From the NCBI GenBank assembly GCA_040005755.1, contig JBDTYJ010000001.1, positions 310-64,309 of the forward strand: DNA of 64,000 bases, written 5' to 3'. Position numbers and translations under genes: made by a program. Source of the DNA: Pseudomonadota bacterium. Its GTDB lineage: Bacteria > Myxococcota_A > Polyangia > Polyangiales > Polyangiaceae. This document shows, piece after piece, positions 29,495 to 40,231 of the stretch (positions are counted from its first letter, which is position 1; the number at the start of each line of letters is the position of its first letter). The notes below the pieces were generated by a model. It was not told where the DNA came from. It saw only the letters and a program-made list of their open reading frames with translations, and made no database searches.

Positions 29495-30406
29495 GTGGGT
29501 GCTTCTAAATCGCGCAGCGCTGAGCCTGCGCGCACGATCCGTGACTTTGGCGCGGCTGCGGACGACGGTGCCAAAGGGCACTACAGCGACCCCGCTTACT
29601 ACACGAAAACGTACAAAGATCGGCGCCACGATATCGACTACTACGTGCGGCTCGCACGTCAGTCGAAGGGTCCGGTGCTCGAGTACGGCGTGGGCAATGG
29701 CCGCATCGCGCTGCACGTCGCGCGGGCTGGCGTCGAGGTCTACGGCGTCGACCTTTCGCGCCCGATGCTGGACGACTTCGAGGCGCGTCTCAAACTAGAG
29801 CCAAAACAGGTGCGCGCGCGCGTTGCGCTCGCCGAAGCCGACATGCGCGAGTACCGCCTTGGTAAGCGCGTGCCGCTGGTGTACGCGCCTTTCAATTGCT
29901 TCCTGCACTTGTACACGCGCGCTGACGTGGAAGCATTCTTGGCGCGCGTGCGCGCACACTTGGCGCCGGGTGGCCGCTTCGTGTTCGACTTCTCCGTGCC
30001 GCACGGGGAGGATTTGTCGCGCGACCCAGAACGCAGCTACGGCTCGCCCAAGATCCGCCATCCCACGACTGGTGAGCTGGTCAAATACGCCGAGCGCTTC
30101 GAGTATGACCGGCTACGCCAGCTACTGTTGATTTGGATGGAGTTCGAACCGGAAGAGGGCGGAAAGCCTTGGAAGGTACCGCTCACCCACCGCCAGTTTT
30201 TTCCGCGTGAGGTTGAGGCCCTGCTCCACTACAACGGCTTCACGGACATCTTTTTTACGGCTGATTTTACCGATCAACCCGCGGACCAGTGGGTCGATTC
30301 CATGGTCGTGAGTTGCCGCGTCGCCCCGGCCAAAGCTCGGAAGCCCGTCCAGCTACGGCAAGCCAAGCCCCGGTCGTTAGTGAAGAAGCGCGTTCCGCGC
30401 GGCTGA
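29495..30406 (+). CDS. Class I SAM-dependent methyltransferase
   Basis: VLEYGVGNGR motif I, GVDLS..ML, ADM, HLAPGGRFVFD. Confidence 0.88.
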   Translation: MGASKSRSAEPARTIRDFGAAADDGAKGHYSDPAYYTKTYKDRRHDIDYYVRLARQSKGPVLEYGVGNGRIALHVARAGVEVYGVDLSRPMLDDFEARLKLEPKQVRARVALAEADMREYRLGKRVPLVYAPFNCFLHLYTRADVEAFLARVRAHLAPGGRFVFDFSVPHGEDLSRDPERSYGSPKIRHPTTGELVKYAERFEYDRLRQLLLIWMEFEPEEGGKPWKVPLTHRQFFPREVEALLHYNGFTDIFFTADFTDQPADQWVDSMVVSCRVAPAKARKPVQLRQAKPRSLVKKRVPRG

Positions 30407-30448
30407 CCTTGCCCGCGCCCGTTCCGGCGCTTACGTTGAAGGAGACTC

Positions 30449-31405
30449 ATGGCCGTTGATTTCTACAAAGAGCTCGGAGTGTCTCGCGGCGCCACCGACG
30501 ACGAGATCAAGAAGGCGTATCGCAAGCTCGCCGCGAAGCTTCACCCGGACAAAAACCCGGGTGACAAGAAGACCGAGACACGCTTCAAAGCGGTGAACGC
30601 CGCGTACCAGGCCCTCTCGGATAAGACAAAGCGCGGCCTGTACGACGAATTTGGGGAGGAAGGCCTGCGTGAAGGCTTCAACCCTGCGGCGGCGCGCGCG
30701 TACCGTGGCGCTGGCGGCGGCATGGGCGGGCGCGGTCGGCGCAGCGGTACCGGCCCCAACCTGGAGGACTTGTTCAGCGGCGGCGCGGGCGGCGAGCCCC
30801 CGGGCGGCATTGGTGATCTGTTCGGGGATCTGTTCAGCCGCGCTGGCCGTCGCGGTGCGGGCCAAGGCATGAAGGGCTCGGACATTGCCAGTGAGGTGGT
30901 GGTTGATTTCAGCTCCGCCTTGCGCGGCGCAGAGCTCAAGCTGCGTCTGCAAGACGGCGGGGAAGACATCACCGTGCGCGTGCCTCCAGGCGCGGGTGAC
31001 GGCGACAAGGTGCGCATTGCGGGGCACGGCGCGCCGGGTGCCTATGGCGGGCCACCCGGTGACCTGCTGCTGAGCATTCGCGTCAAAAAGCACCCGTATT
31101 TCGAGCGTTCCGGGCTGGATTTGTATCTGGACCTGCCCATCACCGTGGGCGAGGCGTACCGCGGCGCAAAGGTCCGTGTGCCCACGCCGGATGGCGCGAT
31201 CACGTTGACCGTGCCCAAGCACGCGCAGAGCGGGCAGGTGGCGCGCCTCAAGGGGCGCGGCGTGAAGCGCAAGGCCGAACAGGGGGACCTGTTCATCCGC
31301 TTTCAAATCAAGCTGCCCGCAGCGGACTCGGAGGAAATCGAGCAGGCGGTGAGCACGCTCGAAACCGCGATGACTGGCGACGTTCGCGCCGACGTTCACT
31401 TCTGA
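30449..31405 (+). CDS. DnaJ class II (CbpA-like) co-chaperone
   Basis: J-domain with HPD, Gly-rich linker, DnaJ C-terminal domain, no Zn-finger; GAAGGAG RBS. Confidence 0.93.
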   Translation: MAVDFYKELGVSRGATDDEIKKAYRKLAAKLHPDKNPGDKKTETRFKAVNAAYQALSDKTKRGLYDEFGEEGLREGFNPAAARAYRGAGGGMGGRGRRSGTGPNLEDLFSGGAGGEPPGGIGDLFGDLFSRAGRRGAGQGMKGSDIASEVVVDFSSALRGAELKLRLQDGGEDITVRVPPGAGDGDKVRIAGHGAPGAYGGPPGDLLLSIRVKKHPYFERSGLDLYLDLPITVGEAYRGAKVRVPTPDGAITLTVPKHAQSGQVARLKGRGVKRKAEQGDLFIRFQIKLPAADSEEIEQAVSTLETAMTGDVRADVHF

Positions 31406-31411
31406 GGTGCG

Positions 31412-32596
31412 TTACTCCGCGTCGGCGACCACGTCGGCTGCGCTACCGCGAGCACGGCGAGGGCTGCGCTCGCTGCCATTGCTGGCGGGTGCTCGCAGCA
31501 CTCCGTTGTCGTCGTAGCGATCCAACTCCACGCCCACTCGGCGCAAGGCGGCCTGTTTCTCGTGAAAAGGCTGAAAGCTGGACTTGAAGCCGGCCAGGAT
31601 CATGCTCTTGATGTCGGCGAAAGGGACGCCCATCTTGGTATGCACCAAGAACAGCTCTTTCGAGACGCTGGTGTCCGTGATCAAGCGATTGTCAGTGTTC
31701 ACCGTCACGCGCAAGCCAAGGTCGAAGTACAGCTTGAGCGGGTGCGACGCTAGATCCTTCACGGCGCCAGTTTGCACGTTGCTCGAGGGGCAGCACTCGA
31801 GCGGTACGCGGTGGTCGTTCACGTAATGCAGCAAGTCTCCATCTTCTCGTAGGCGACAGCCGTGACCGATGCGATGGGCGCCGCACACGTGAATGGCCTG
31901 CGCAATCGACTCGGGGCCGTAGGCCTCACCCGCGTGGATCGTGCAGTTGATGTTGTTGTCCCGCACGAGTTGGAACGCGGCGCGGTGATGTTTGGCCGGG
32001 AAATCAGCCTCTGCGCCGGCCAAATCAAAGCCGACCACGCCGCGGCCCTTATACGCCACGGCCAGCTCCGCCATCTGATACGAAGACTCCGCGGAGATGT
32101 TGCGAATGCCGCAGATGATCACGTTGGCTTTGATGCCGTACGTTTCGCGAGCTCTGCGCAGGCCGTCGAGGACGGCCTCGACCACTTTCGTCAGCTTCAA
32201 GCCGTGCTGTGTATGCAGCATGGGCGCGTAGCGCACTTCCATGTAGCGGACGTTTTCGCGATGTGCGTCTTCGGCCAACTCGAACGCAATGCGTTCGAGC
32301 GCTGCTTCAGTCTGCATCACGCGCAACGTGATGCCGAAGCCGCGCAGGTACTCCACCAAGGACCCGAAGTTATTCCCGCAGCCAATGGCGGCACGTAGCC
32401 CCTCCACGTCGTTTGCGGGTAGCTCCACTTTGTAAGCGTGGCCCAGCTCCAAAATGGTTTCCAAGCGCAACGAGCCATCCAAATGGACGTGCAAGTCGGT
32501 CTTCGGCAATGCCCGGAAAACCTCGAACGGAACTTGACCCGGAACGTTCTCGTTCGCAGCGACACTGGCGCTGTCGTTCGTATTCGTATGTTCCAT
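31412..32596 (-). CDS. add: Adenosine deaminase
   Basis: LPKTDLHVHLDGS, TIHAGE, RIGHG, CPSSN, NTD motifs; ATG at 32596 chosen. Confidence 0.93.
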   Translation of the reverse strand: MEHTNTNDSASVAANENVPGQVPFEVFRALPKTDLHVHLDGSLRLETILELGHAYKVELPANDVEGLRAAIGCGNNFGSLVEYLRGFGITLRVMQTEAALERIAFELAEDAHRENVRYMEVRYAPMLHTQHGLKLTKVVEAVLDGLRRARETYGIKANVIICGIRNISAESSYQMAELAVAYKGRGVVGFDLAGAEADFPAKHHRAAFQLVRDNNINCTIHAGEAYGPESIAQAIHVCGAHRIGHGCRLREDGDLLHYVNDHRVPLECCPSSNVQTGAVKDLASHPLKLYFDLGLRVTVNTDNRLITDTSVSKELFLVHTKMGVPFADIKSMILAGFKSSFQPFHEKQAALRRVGVELDRYDDNGVLRAPASNGSERSPRRARGSAADVVADAE

Positions 32597-32597
32597 A

Positions 32598-33710
32598 TCA
32601 GAGCGTAGCACGTCGCACGCGACCAACCCAACTTACGGCAAGCGTCAGCGCGAGCACGGAGCTCCAATAAATGGATCCGGGAATTCCGCGGTCGCCCACA
32701 CCGGCCTCGGCGCGGTCGAATGCGTCTCGGAATACTTCTTCCGGTTGCGCACCGAGGATCATCTTGGCGCCGACGTAGGTGGTGGGCAGACCCTGTAAGC
32801 CGCTATCCAGCAAGATCTTCGACTCGGCATCGATCAACCGGTCGGCGTGCCCGGAACTGATGCAGTGATCGTACGCACCGAGCTCTACGCCGAGCGATTG
32901 GGCGAGGGCCCGATTGCTGGTCGGCGTCAGATCCTGCGCAGCAAATAGCCGGTCTGCCATCTCGTTGCCCTTCCCCTGCTCACGGGCGCAGACCTGGGCC
33001 TCGGCCGCGCCACGGGCGAATTCATGGCTTTGCAGGGGCAGATTCAGGCGGGTGAAGTTGACCTGCTTCCCGTAGCTTTCGATCACCGTCTTTAGCACCG
33101 GGTGTAATGCGCGGCAGAACGGGCATTCGTAGTCTGCGAACTCGACCACGTTGATCTTCCCGGGCAGGTACAGCTGACGCACGCCGGACGGAACAGGCGC
33201 AGCGGGGCGCAGCTGGGGCCACAACAGCGGCGCGCACAACGCGAGCAGTCCGAGCGCCGGCCACGCACCGTCACGTAGCAGACAGGGCTCGTTCGCTTCG
33301 CCACGGCCCTGCCAAACCACGACACCGCACAGCGCAGCCAGCACGCTGAGCGCGTCCACCGTCACGCACAGCGCGCAGAACTCGCCAATCTTGAGCGCTT
33401 GCAGCGCGAACAACCCCAGCCCGTGGACGCCGCCGATGATGGCCACCAGCGGCAGCCAACGCTGTACCGGCCGGGCTAGCGTGAACCCGAGCAGCGCCGC
33501 GAAAGCGAGCATGCCAAGCAGCGGCACGGGGACGGGATAGCCACCCAGAAGAAGGTAGCCGTAGCCGCTGCCGCGCACCTTCGCGCAGCCTGAGGCCGCC
33601 CCGCAGAAGGTTGGGGTGGCATTCGTGTAGTCCACGAAAAGCGCCGCCGAAACCGCCAGTGCCAAGATCGCGGCAAGCCGCACGCCGACCAGACCGATTG
33701 CCTTTCGCAC
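32598..33710 (-). CDS. VKOR-family membrane protein fused to a DsbA/thioredoxin-like domain
   Basis: VKOR loop C-x6-C (CGAASGC), TM helices, CALC; thioredoxin EFADYECPFC and GLPT cis-Pro loop. Confidence 0.88.
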   Translation of the reverse strand: MRKAIGLVGVRLAAILALAVSAALFVDYTNATPTFCGAASGCAKVRGSGYGYLLLGGYPVPVPLLGMLAFAALLGFTLARPVQRWLPLVAIIGGVHGLGLFALQALKIGEFCALCVTVDALSVLAALCGVVVWQGRGEANEPCLLRDGAWPALGLLALCAPLLWPQLRPAAPVPSGVRQLYLPGKINVVEFADYECPFCRALHPVLKTVIESYGKQVNFTRLNLPLQSHEFARGAAEAQVCAREQGKGNEMADRLFAAQDLTPTSNRALAQSLGVELGAYDHCISSGHADRLIDAESKILLDSGLQGLPTTYVGAKMILGAQPEEVFRDAFDRAEAGVGDRGIPGSIYWSSVLALTLAVSWVGRVRRATL

Positions 33711-33776
33711 GCCTTGTTCCTAGCCGATCTGGCCGAAAACCCCAACGAAGCTGAAACCTCGATGCTACAAGGCCGC

Positions 33777-36230
33777 ATGGCCAGTCGAATCCCGGCAAAG
33801 GGCGAAGTGTTACGCCTGCTCGCCGAAGCAAAAAAGCCCGTACACGCACGCGAGCTCGCCTCCAAGCTCGGTGTCAGCGAGGCCAACGTGCCACGACTGA
33901 TCGGCGCTCTCGATGAGTTGGCGGAGCAACGCCGGGTTAAACGTTTCAGTGGGCAGCGTTACGGCATCGAATTGCGCGAAGTGACCCAGACCGAAGGTTG
34001 GGAAGGCGTGCTGAGCATGAATGCCCGTGGTTTCGGGTTCGTGAACGCCGTCGGACATGACGACGTGTACATCGCGCCCGAGGCCATCGGCTCGGCATTG
34101 CACGGCGACCGCGTGAAGATCATCGTGGTCAGCCGCTCGGGCCGGGGCACGGAAGGCCGCGTCGAGCAAGTCGTGTCACGTCGCAATCCGCGCGTCGCGG
34201 GCGTGCTGCGCAAGCGCGGTCGCAGCATGTGGCTCGAGCCGGATGACTCGCGCCTGCGCGGTCCGATCGTGCTCTCCTTGAATCCGAAGCTCGGCCAAGA
34301 CGGCGACGCGGCCGTCGCCGAAATTACGAAATTCCCCGAATTTCCCGATGAAAATCCGGAAGGCGAGCTGATCACGGTGCTCGGGGCGCCCGGCGACCCG
34401 AACGTGGAAGTCGCCAAGATCCTGATCCGCGAGCAGGTCACGGAGGAGCATCCGGAGGCCGCGATTCGTGAAGCCGAAGCCATGGCGGTGCGGCTCTTGC
34501 CCCTGAACCGCGAGGGCCGCGTCGATCTGCGCGCAATCCCGCTTCCCACAATCGATCCAGAAGACGCGCGCGACCACGACGACGCGGTCTGGGTCGAAAA
34601 GCAAGGCGACGGCTTTCGCGCCTGGATCGCCATCGCGGACGTGAGCGAATACGTGCAGCCGGGCAGCGCGCTCGACAAAGAGGCGCTGCGCCGCGGCTGT
34701 ACCATCTACCTGCCTGACCGCGCCATTCCGATGTTGCCCGCTGCCTTGGCCGCAGATCTATGCTCCTTGCTGGCCGAAAAAGAGCGCCTGTGCTTGTGCG
34801 TGATCGCGGATTTAGATCGCGACGGCAGAGTTACGAGCTTCGAGATCGTGGAAGGCGTGATGCGCTCGGCGGCCATGCTCACCTACGGCGGCGTCGCTCG
34901 AACACTGGGATTTACGGACATTCCGCCCAAGAGCGCGCCGGCCGAGGCATTCAAAAAAGAGCTGCGCGTGATGGAAGAGCTGACTCGAAAGCTGCGCAAA
35001 GCGCGCATGGCTCGCGGCTCGCTCGATCTGGATTTGCCCGAGGCCAAGCTGACGCTGGATCCGGCGACCAAAGCGCCGATCGACGTCACGCGTCGCACCT
35101 CCGACCCTGGCATCAAGCGCGCCTACAACATGATCGAGGAGCTCATGCTGCTCGCCAACGAGCTCGTGGCCACCTGGCTCGGCCAAAAGAAGTCCCCGGC
35201 CATCTACCGTGTTCATGGCAAGCCGGATCCGGTCAAACTCGCGCGCCTGGGCAAGGTTGCGGAGAAGCTGGGCGTTGAGTTCGATGCTGACGCAATGACC
35301 GAGCCGCTCGGGGTATCCAAGTTCTTGCAGCGCATCTCCACCCACGCGCGCAAGCAAGTGCTCGAGATGCTCTTGCTCCGGTCGCTCAAGCAAGCCGCCT
35401 ACGACATCAAAAATGTGGGCCATTTCGGGCTCGCTTCCACGGACTATCTGCACTTTACCTCCCCCATCCGTCGTTACCCGGACGTCCAGGTACATCGCGC
35501 CGTGAAGCACCTGCTGCGCGGCGGCAAGCCCATCAGCAGCGAGCCCGCGCTGGAAGAGCTCGCGCAAAGCGCTACCTCCGCCAGCGTTCGCGAGCGCGCC
35601 GCGATGGACGTCGAGCGTGAGGTTGTCGATTTGTATCGCTGCTTGCTGATGCGCGACCACATCGGTGAAACGTGTGAGGGCATTGTTACCGCGCTCGTGG
35701 GCAGCGGTGCCTACGTGACGCTCGATGCGCCCTTCGTGGACGTGCTCTTGAAGTACGAGAGCATGGGTCCAGACCAATACGAAATGGCCGAGGACGAGCT
35801 GAGCGTCGTGGGTGTGCGCTCCGGGGATACGATTTCGCTCGGTGACCGCATCGCGGTCGTGATCGAAGACGTTGCCATCTTGCGTCGCCAAACGCTGGCC
35901 CGCCGCATCGTGCCGGAAAAGGTCCTAAAAGCCCTGGAAGAGGGCACCTACGAGTCGCACGAAGCCGACGGCAGCAAGCCCAAGTTGCGTGCCCCCCGCG
36001 CTGGTGGACCGCGCGTTCCGGCACGCGGCCGCGGCGTGCCACTCCTCAAAGTGGGCCACCGCCCTGTCCCCACGCGCAAAGGCGCGGCCAAGCCCACGAC
36101 GGGTGGCGGCAAGAGCTTCAAGCCCGGCCGCGGCGCGCCCCGTCCCAAAGCCGGCGCCCCGAGTGCCGGGGCTGGCGGCAAGAGCGGCGGCAAGGCAGGC
36201 TCCAGCGGCCGCGCCAAGAAGCGCCGCTGA
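33777..36230 (+). CDS. rnr: Ribonuclease R
   Basis: HTH, cold-shock GFGFV, RNB TIDPEDARDHDDA, HFTSPIRRYPD, S1 domain, basic tail; start uncertain (33714-33777). Confidence 0.95.
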   Translation: MASRIPAKGEVLRLLAEAKKPVHARELASKLGVSEANVPRLIGALDELAEQRRVKRFSGQRYGIELREVTQTEGWEGVLSMNARGFGFVNAVGHDDVYIAPEAIGSALHGDRVKIIVVSRSGRGTEGRVEQVVSRRNPRVAGVLRKRGRSMWLEPDDSRLRGPIVLSLNPKLGQDGDAAVAEITKFPEFPDENPEGELITVLGAPGDPNVEVAKILIREQVTEEHPEAAIREAEAMAVRLLPLNREGRVDLRAIPLPTIDPEDARDHDDAVWVEKQGDGFRAWIAIADVSEYVQPGSALDKEALRRGCTIYLPDRAIPMLPAALAADLCSLLAEKERLCLCVIADLDRDGRVTSFEIVEGVMRSAAMLTYGGVARTLGFTDIPPKSAPAEAFKKELRVMEELTRKLRKARMARGSLDLDLPEAKLTLDPATKAPIDVTRRTSDPGIKRAYNMIEELMLLANELVATWLGQKKSPAIYRVHGKPDPVKLARLGKVAEKLGVEFDADAMTEPLGVSKFLQRISTHARKQVLEMLLLRSLKQAAYDIKNVGHFGLASTDYLHFTSPIRRYPDVQVHRAVKHLLRGGKPISSEPALEELAQSATSASVRERAAMDVEREVVDLYRCLLMRDHIGETCEGIVTALVGSGAYVTLDAPFVDVLLKYESMGPDQYEMAEDELSVVGVRSGDTISLGDRIAVVIEDVAILRRQTLARRIVPEKVLKALEEGTYESHEADGSKPKLRAPRAGGPRVPARGRGVPLLKVGHRPVPTRKGAAKPTTGGGKSFKPGRGAPRPKAGAPSAGAGGKSGGKAGSSGRAKKRR

Positions 36231-36255
36231 CGCCAGCGCAATCAGCGGCGAACGC

Positions 36256-37566
36256 TCACGCGGGCTTCGCGCTGATGCGGTCCGTGCCCATGAACGGGCG
36301 CAGCGCCTCGGGCACGAGCACGCTGCCGTCTGCTTGCTGGTACTGCTCCAAAATCGCAACCCAAGTGCGGCCAATAGCCAGGCCTGAACCGTTCAGTGTG
36401 TGCAGCAGCTTGGGTTTGGCTTTGGGCTCGGGGCGATAGCGAATTTTGGCGCGCCGAGCCTGAAAATCCCCGAATACCGAGCAGCTGGAGATCTCGCGGT
36501 ACGTGTTTTGTGAGGGCAGCCAAACCTCGAGATCATAGCCCTTGGTTGCGGCAAACCCGAGATCCCCCGCGCAGTGCTCGACCACCCGGTAGTGCAGACC
36601 GAGGCGCTTCAACACCTCTTCTGCGTGCAGTGTCAGCTTCTCCAACTCAGCCAAGGATTGCTCGGGGGTCGCGAAGCGCACGATCTCCACTTTGTCGAAC
36701 TGGTGCTGACGGATCAGGCCGCGCACGTCGCGGCCGTAGGAGCCCGCTTCGCTGCGAAAGCACGGAGTGTACGCCGTGTATCCCAGCGGCAGCTGAGCGG
36801 CTTCCAAGATTTCATCGGCGTGCAGGTTCGTGACCGGTACCTCTGCAGTTGGAATCAGGTACAGCGCGCTCGGATCGTTGGGATCGCTGCGCTTGGTCTT
36901 GAACAAGTCCTCTTCGAACTTGGGCAGCTGGCTCGTGCCGCGCAGTGCCTCGGCCTTCACCAAATACGGCGGATACACTTCCGTGTAACCGTGCTCCCCC
37001 GTGTGCAGGTCGAGCATGAACGTGGCCAGGGCCCGCTCGAGCCTTGCACCCAAACCCCAGAGCACGGAGAAGCGCGCTCCCGATAGCTTCGCTGCGCGTT
37101 CGAAGTCCAAAATGCCGAGCTTTTCGCCCAATTCATAGTGCGGCTTGGGTTCGAAGCCGAACTGCGGCTTCTCTCCCCAAGTGCGCACGACGACGTTCTT
37201 GTCTTCGGTTTGCCCGTCGGGAACGGACTCATGCGGCACGTTGGGAATGCCGAGCAGGATTTCCTCGATTTGCGCATCGGCAGCAGCGAGCTCTTGCTCC
37301 AGCCCTTTGACGCGCTCCGAGAGCGCTTTGAGCTCATCACGGCGCGCGGCCATGCCCTCTTTGTCGCCGCTTTTCGCAAGCTTGGCCATCGCGTCGCTGG
37401 CCGTGTTGCGCTCGCCTTGCAAGAGCTCCGTCTTGCGCGTGAGCTCTCGGCGGGACACGACCAAGGTTGCTACGCCGTCGAGCGCCTGGGCGAACTCGGA
37501 GCCACGGCGCGCGAGCTGAGCTCGAACCTCATCGAGATGATCGGCAACGTAACGAGCGTCCAACAT
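36256..37566 (-). CDS. serS: Serine--tRNA ligase
   Basis: MLD start, coiled-coil arm, [36 protein letters not shown]. Confidence 0.98.
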   Translation of the reverse strand: MLDARYVADHLDEVRAQLARRGSEFAQALDGVATLVVSRRELTRKTELLQGERNTASDAMAKLAKSGDKEGMAARRDELKALSERVKGLEQELAAADAQIEEILLGIPNVPHESVPDGQTEDKNVVVRTWGEKPQFGFEPKPHYELGEKLGILDFERAAKLSGARFSVLWGLGARLERALATFMLDLHTGEHGYTEVYPPYLVKAEALRGTSQLPKFEEDLFKTKRSDPNDPSALYLIPTAEVPVTNLHADEILEAAQLPLGYTAYTPCFRSEAGSYGRDVRGLIRQHQFDKVEIVRFATPEQSLAELEKLTLHAEEVLKRLGLHYRVVEHCAGDLGFAATKGYDLEVWLPSQNTYREISSCSVFGDFQARRAKIRYRPEPKAKPKLLHTLNGSGLAIGRTWVAILEQYQQADGSVLVPEALRPFMGTDRISAKPA

Positions 37567-37582
37567 CGCTTGCTCTCATACC

Positions 37583-38134
37583 CTAAAAGCCGACGCCGAC
37601 GCCAACCCCCACGCCCAGTGTCACGCCACTATTTGGGGCCATGCGGTAGTTCTTGATCGCGAAGATCTGCGTCACCAGCGTGCAGGCGCGCCGCCCGGGC
37701 CCGTCGCAACCCGTCCACCGCCCATGATCCGAGCGCTCACCGCCTGGCTCGAAAAACAGCACTCGCCCGTCCGGCTGCAGGCTGAGCCAAGCCTGCTCCG
37801 CGAATGGCGGCGAGGCATTGCTGATACCTACGTAGCCCAGCAGGCGGTCGTCGGTTCCGATCAAGTGCCCGTCCGGCGCCAAGAGCGCGAAGGGCTCGTA
37901 ATCCTCGTCCGTCACCCGACCGACGCGGTCGATGACGAAGCGCAAGCGCCCGCCCTCGAGCACCTGGCCATTCGGTTTGATGTCGATGGCGTCGTCGTCT
38001 GGGCGCTCCCAATGCGCGGGCTGAATGAACAGTGCCGTGCCGCCCTCCGCCCAATGCGGTGGCGCGTTGGGAGCGCAGCTTGCCGCGCACAACGAGAGCA
38101 GTACTGCCGAACCGAGCCTCGCCAAGTGGTCCAC
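37583..38134 (-). CDS. Hypothetical lipoprotein
   Basis: Signal peptide with CAASC lipobox-like motif; C-terminal GVGVGVGF. Confidence 0.7.
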   Translation of the reverse strand: MDHLARLGSAVLLSLCAASCAPNAPPHWAEGGTALFIQPAHWERPDDDAIDIKPNGQVLEGGRLRFVIDRVGRVTDEDYEPFALLAPDGHLIGTDDRLLGYVGISNASPPFAEQAWLSLQPDGRVLFFEPGGERSDHGRWTGCDGPGRRACTLVTQIFAIKNYRMAPNSGVTLGVGVGVGVGF

Positions 38135-38259
38135 TCACCCAGGATAGCGCTGCTCGGGCCCCGCGTCACGGGCTCGCACATCGTGCTCATCTGGATCTTT
38201 TGGGTAGCGGGCGCGGTGCGCGGGAGCGGCTCAAAGCTAACTTGAACCGCTCGCGCGCG

Positions 38260-39534
38260 TCAGCGTTTGGTCGCGCTGACCAAGTACTCGAACAGCTCGC
38301 GCTTGCTGGTGCGTTTGCGCAACGTGGCCACGGTGGCGTTTTTGAACCCGGAAAGCTCGAAAATCTCGGCGAATAGCCGCTCGACCGGCAGCACCACGTC
38401 GAAAAATTTCGAGTTGCCGACCACGTAGTGCACCTGACCGCCGCGCGCGATCGACCGCGACAGGCTCGAAACGTGCAGCAGCATGTCGAAGAAGTACTTG
38501 CTCACGTAGCGTGCCAGCACGTCGCTGTGCTTGGCGATCTTTCGGGTTATGCGGCTCAAATCTTGGAGCGGGCTTTCGCCGCTTTCCTGCCAAGCGGCGA
38601 CGCGGCTTGTGGCGGAGCCCCACGTGCCGCCAATGGCTTGCCAATCGAGCTCGCCGGCATCCGAGGCCGCCTCCAGGTAGCCGAGCCAGTACATGTACGG
38701 GCGCAATTCGCGCACGTAGCTCATCCGATTTGCGTACGGCGGGGACGTGATCACACAGCCAAATTGGGCCTTATTCAGACTGTCGGCGACGCGGCGGGCG
38801 TCGCCGAGCAACACCTTTCGCGCGCTGTTCGGCAGCGCAACGCGCGCGGCACGTGCGATGGGCGTGAAGGCGTCCGCCAGCGCTTGTCCCACGCGCCGCG
38901 CCGCGCCTGGTGTGGCGGCAGCCCCGGCCGCGAAAGACATGGATTGATGCCCGAAGCTCACGTTGGCGCTCGTGATCAAGCCGCGGCAAAACGCGAGCTT
39001 CGCCAGATCCTGCGCTTGCCTCGGTGCGTCAGTCTCGCGCAACACGGTAAAGGCACGCCCTAATGCATGCAGCGTGGCGGGCGCCCACCATTTTTCGATC
39101 TGAAACAGCGCGGGCAGCCACGGCGCATTGCCGCGGGCACTTGCCGCGGCGCGCATCTCGGCGATCAACGCCTCTGCTTTCAGCAGCGAATGGGCGCTAT
39201 AATTAGCGGTTTTGGCCCGCGCCAGCCAGACCAGGAAGGGGTTCACATCGAGCGTGGTGCAGGCGATCCCGCGCTCGGCGCAGGTGAGCAGCGTGGTACC
39301 CGTGCCGCAGAACGGATCCAGCACCGGGAGCTCTGGCTTGACCCGCGCGTCCAGCAATTCGCGCACGAGGTGCACGGAGTACGCGGGGGTAAGACGCAAC
39401 CAACCGTAGCGCGTCTCACGTACATTGCCGTGGAAGGTGAAGCGCGCACGCGCGGTGCGGAGCTGCGCGCCGCGGGCGTGCGCGCCGGCCTTCGCGGGCT
39501 CAGCCGGAGATATTTTCGCCGAGGTAGGCTTCAC
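38260..39534 (-). CDS. Orphan amino-DNA methyltransferase (probably N4-cytosine, alpha motif order)
   Basis: Motif I VLDPFCGTGTT precedes motif IV VITSPPY; VVGNS motif; start uncertain (GTG 39534 is the nearest in-frame start; the longer ORF overlaps livF). Confidence 0.82.
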   Translation of the reverse strand: MKPTSAKISPAEPAKAGAHARGAQLRTARARFTFHGNVRETRYGWLRLTPAYSVHLVRELLDARVKPELPVLDPFCGTGTTLLTCAERGIACTTLDVNPFLVWLARAKTANYSAHSLLKAEALIAEMRAAASARGNAPWLPALFQIEKWWAPATLHALGRAFTVLRETDAPRQAQDLAKLAFCRGLITSANVSFGHQSMSFAAGAAATPGAARRVGQALADAFTPIARAARVALPNSARKVLLGDARRVADSLNKAQFGCVITSPPYANRMSYVRELRPYMYWLGYLEAASDAGELDWQAIGGTWGSATSRVAAWQESGESPLQDLSRITRKIAKHSDVLARYVSKYFFDMLLHVSSLSRSIARGGQVHYVVGNSKFFDVVLPVERLFAEIFELSGFKNATVATLRKRTSKRELFEYLVSATKR

Positions 39535-40231
39535 GAATCCGGGGGTCCGATCGGAGATCCGCGCTCGCGCCGCTGAGCACGACCTCGCCCGTGACGAGCA
39601 CGTACGCGCGCTGCGCGACTTGCAACGCCAAGCGCGTGTTCTGCTCAACGAGCAAGATCGTGATCCCGCTCTTCGCAATTTCAACAATAGATTCAAATAT
39701 TTGGGAGACAAGCTTGGGCGCCAGACCGAGGCTTGGCTCATCCAGCAGCACGAGCTTTGGGTCGACCATGAGCGCGCGCGCAATGGCGAGCATTTGCTGT
39801 TCCCCGCCTGAAAGCGTGCCGGCATTCTGATTGATGCGTTCACCCAAACGCGGGAAGAGCGCCACGCTGCGCGCGACGTTCCGCTGCACGCTCGCCGGGT
39901 CCCGCTTCAAGAATGCGCCCAAGAGCAAGTTCTCGCGCACGCTCAAGTTGCCGAAGATGGCGCGCCCCTCAGGCACGAGCACCGCGCCCAGCTGGACGAC
40001 GCGATGCGTGGGCAGATTTCGCACGTCTTGTCCGAGCACGCGCACCGTACCGCTCGCGTGTCGAACCAGCTGCATAATGGCCTTCAGCACGCTGCTCTTG
40101 CCTGCGCCGTTCGAGCCAATCAAGGTCACGATTTCGCCGCGCTCAACGGTGAGTGAAACGCCCTTCACGGCCGCAATGCCGCCGTACGCCACGCGCGCGT
40201 CGCTGAGCTCCAGGGCCAAGTCCGAAGCCAC
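39500..40231 (-). CDS. livF: Branched-chain amino acid ABC transporter ATP-binding subunit
   Basis: GSNGAGKS, VPEGR, LSGGEQQM, DEPSLGLAP, EAYLG; GTG 40231 overlaps the livG stop. Confidence 0.93.
   Translation of the reverse strand: MASDLALELSDARVAYGGIAAVKGVSLTVERGEIVTLIGSNGAGKSSVLKAIMQLVRHASGTVRVLGQDVRNLPTHRVVQLGAVLVPEGRAIFGNLSVRENLLLGAFLKRDPASVQRNVARSVALFPRLGERINQNAGTLSGGEQQMLAIARALMVDPKLVLLDEPSLGLAPKLVSQIFESIVEIAKSGITILLVEQNTRLALQVAQRAYVLVTGEVVLSGASADLRSDPRIREAYLGENISG

Noticed and set aside
39535-39843. N-terminal extension of the 527-aa methyltransferase ORF; similar extensions for the kinase, bioD, rpe, livF and the 62352 gene
   Set aside because: They overlap neighbouring real genes or promoters and have no protein-like content; downstream starts fit the family N-termini
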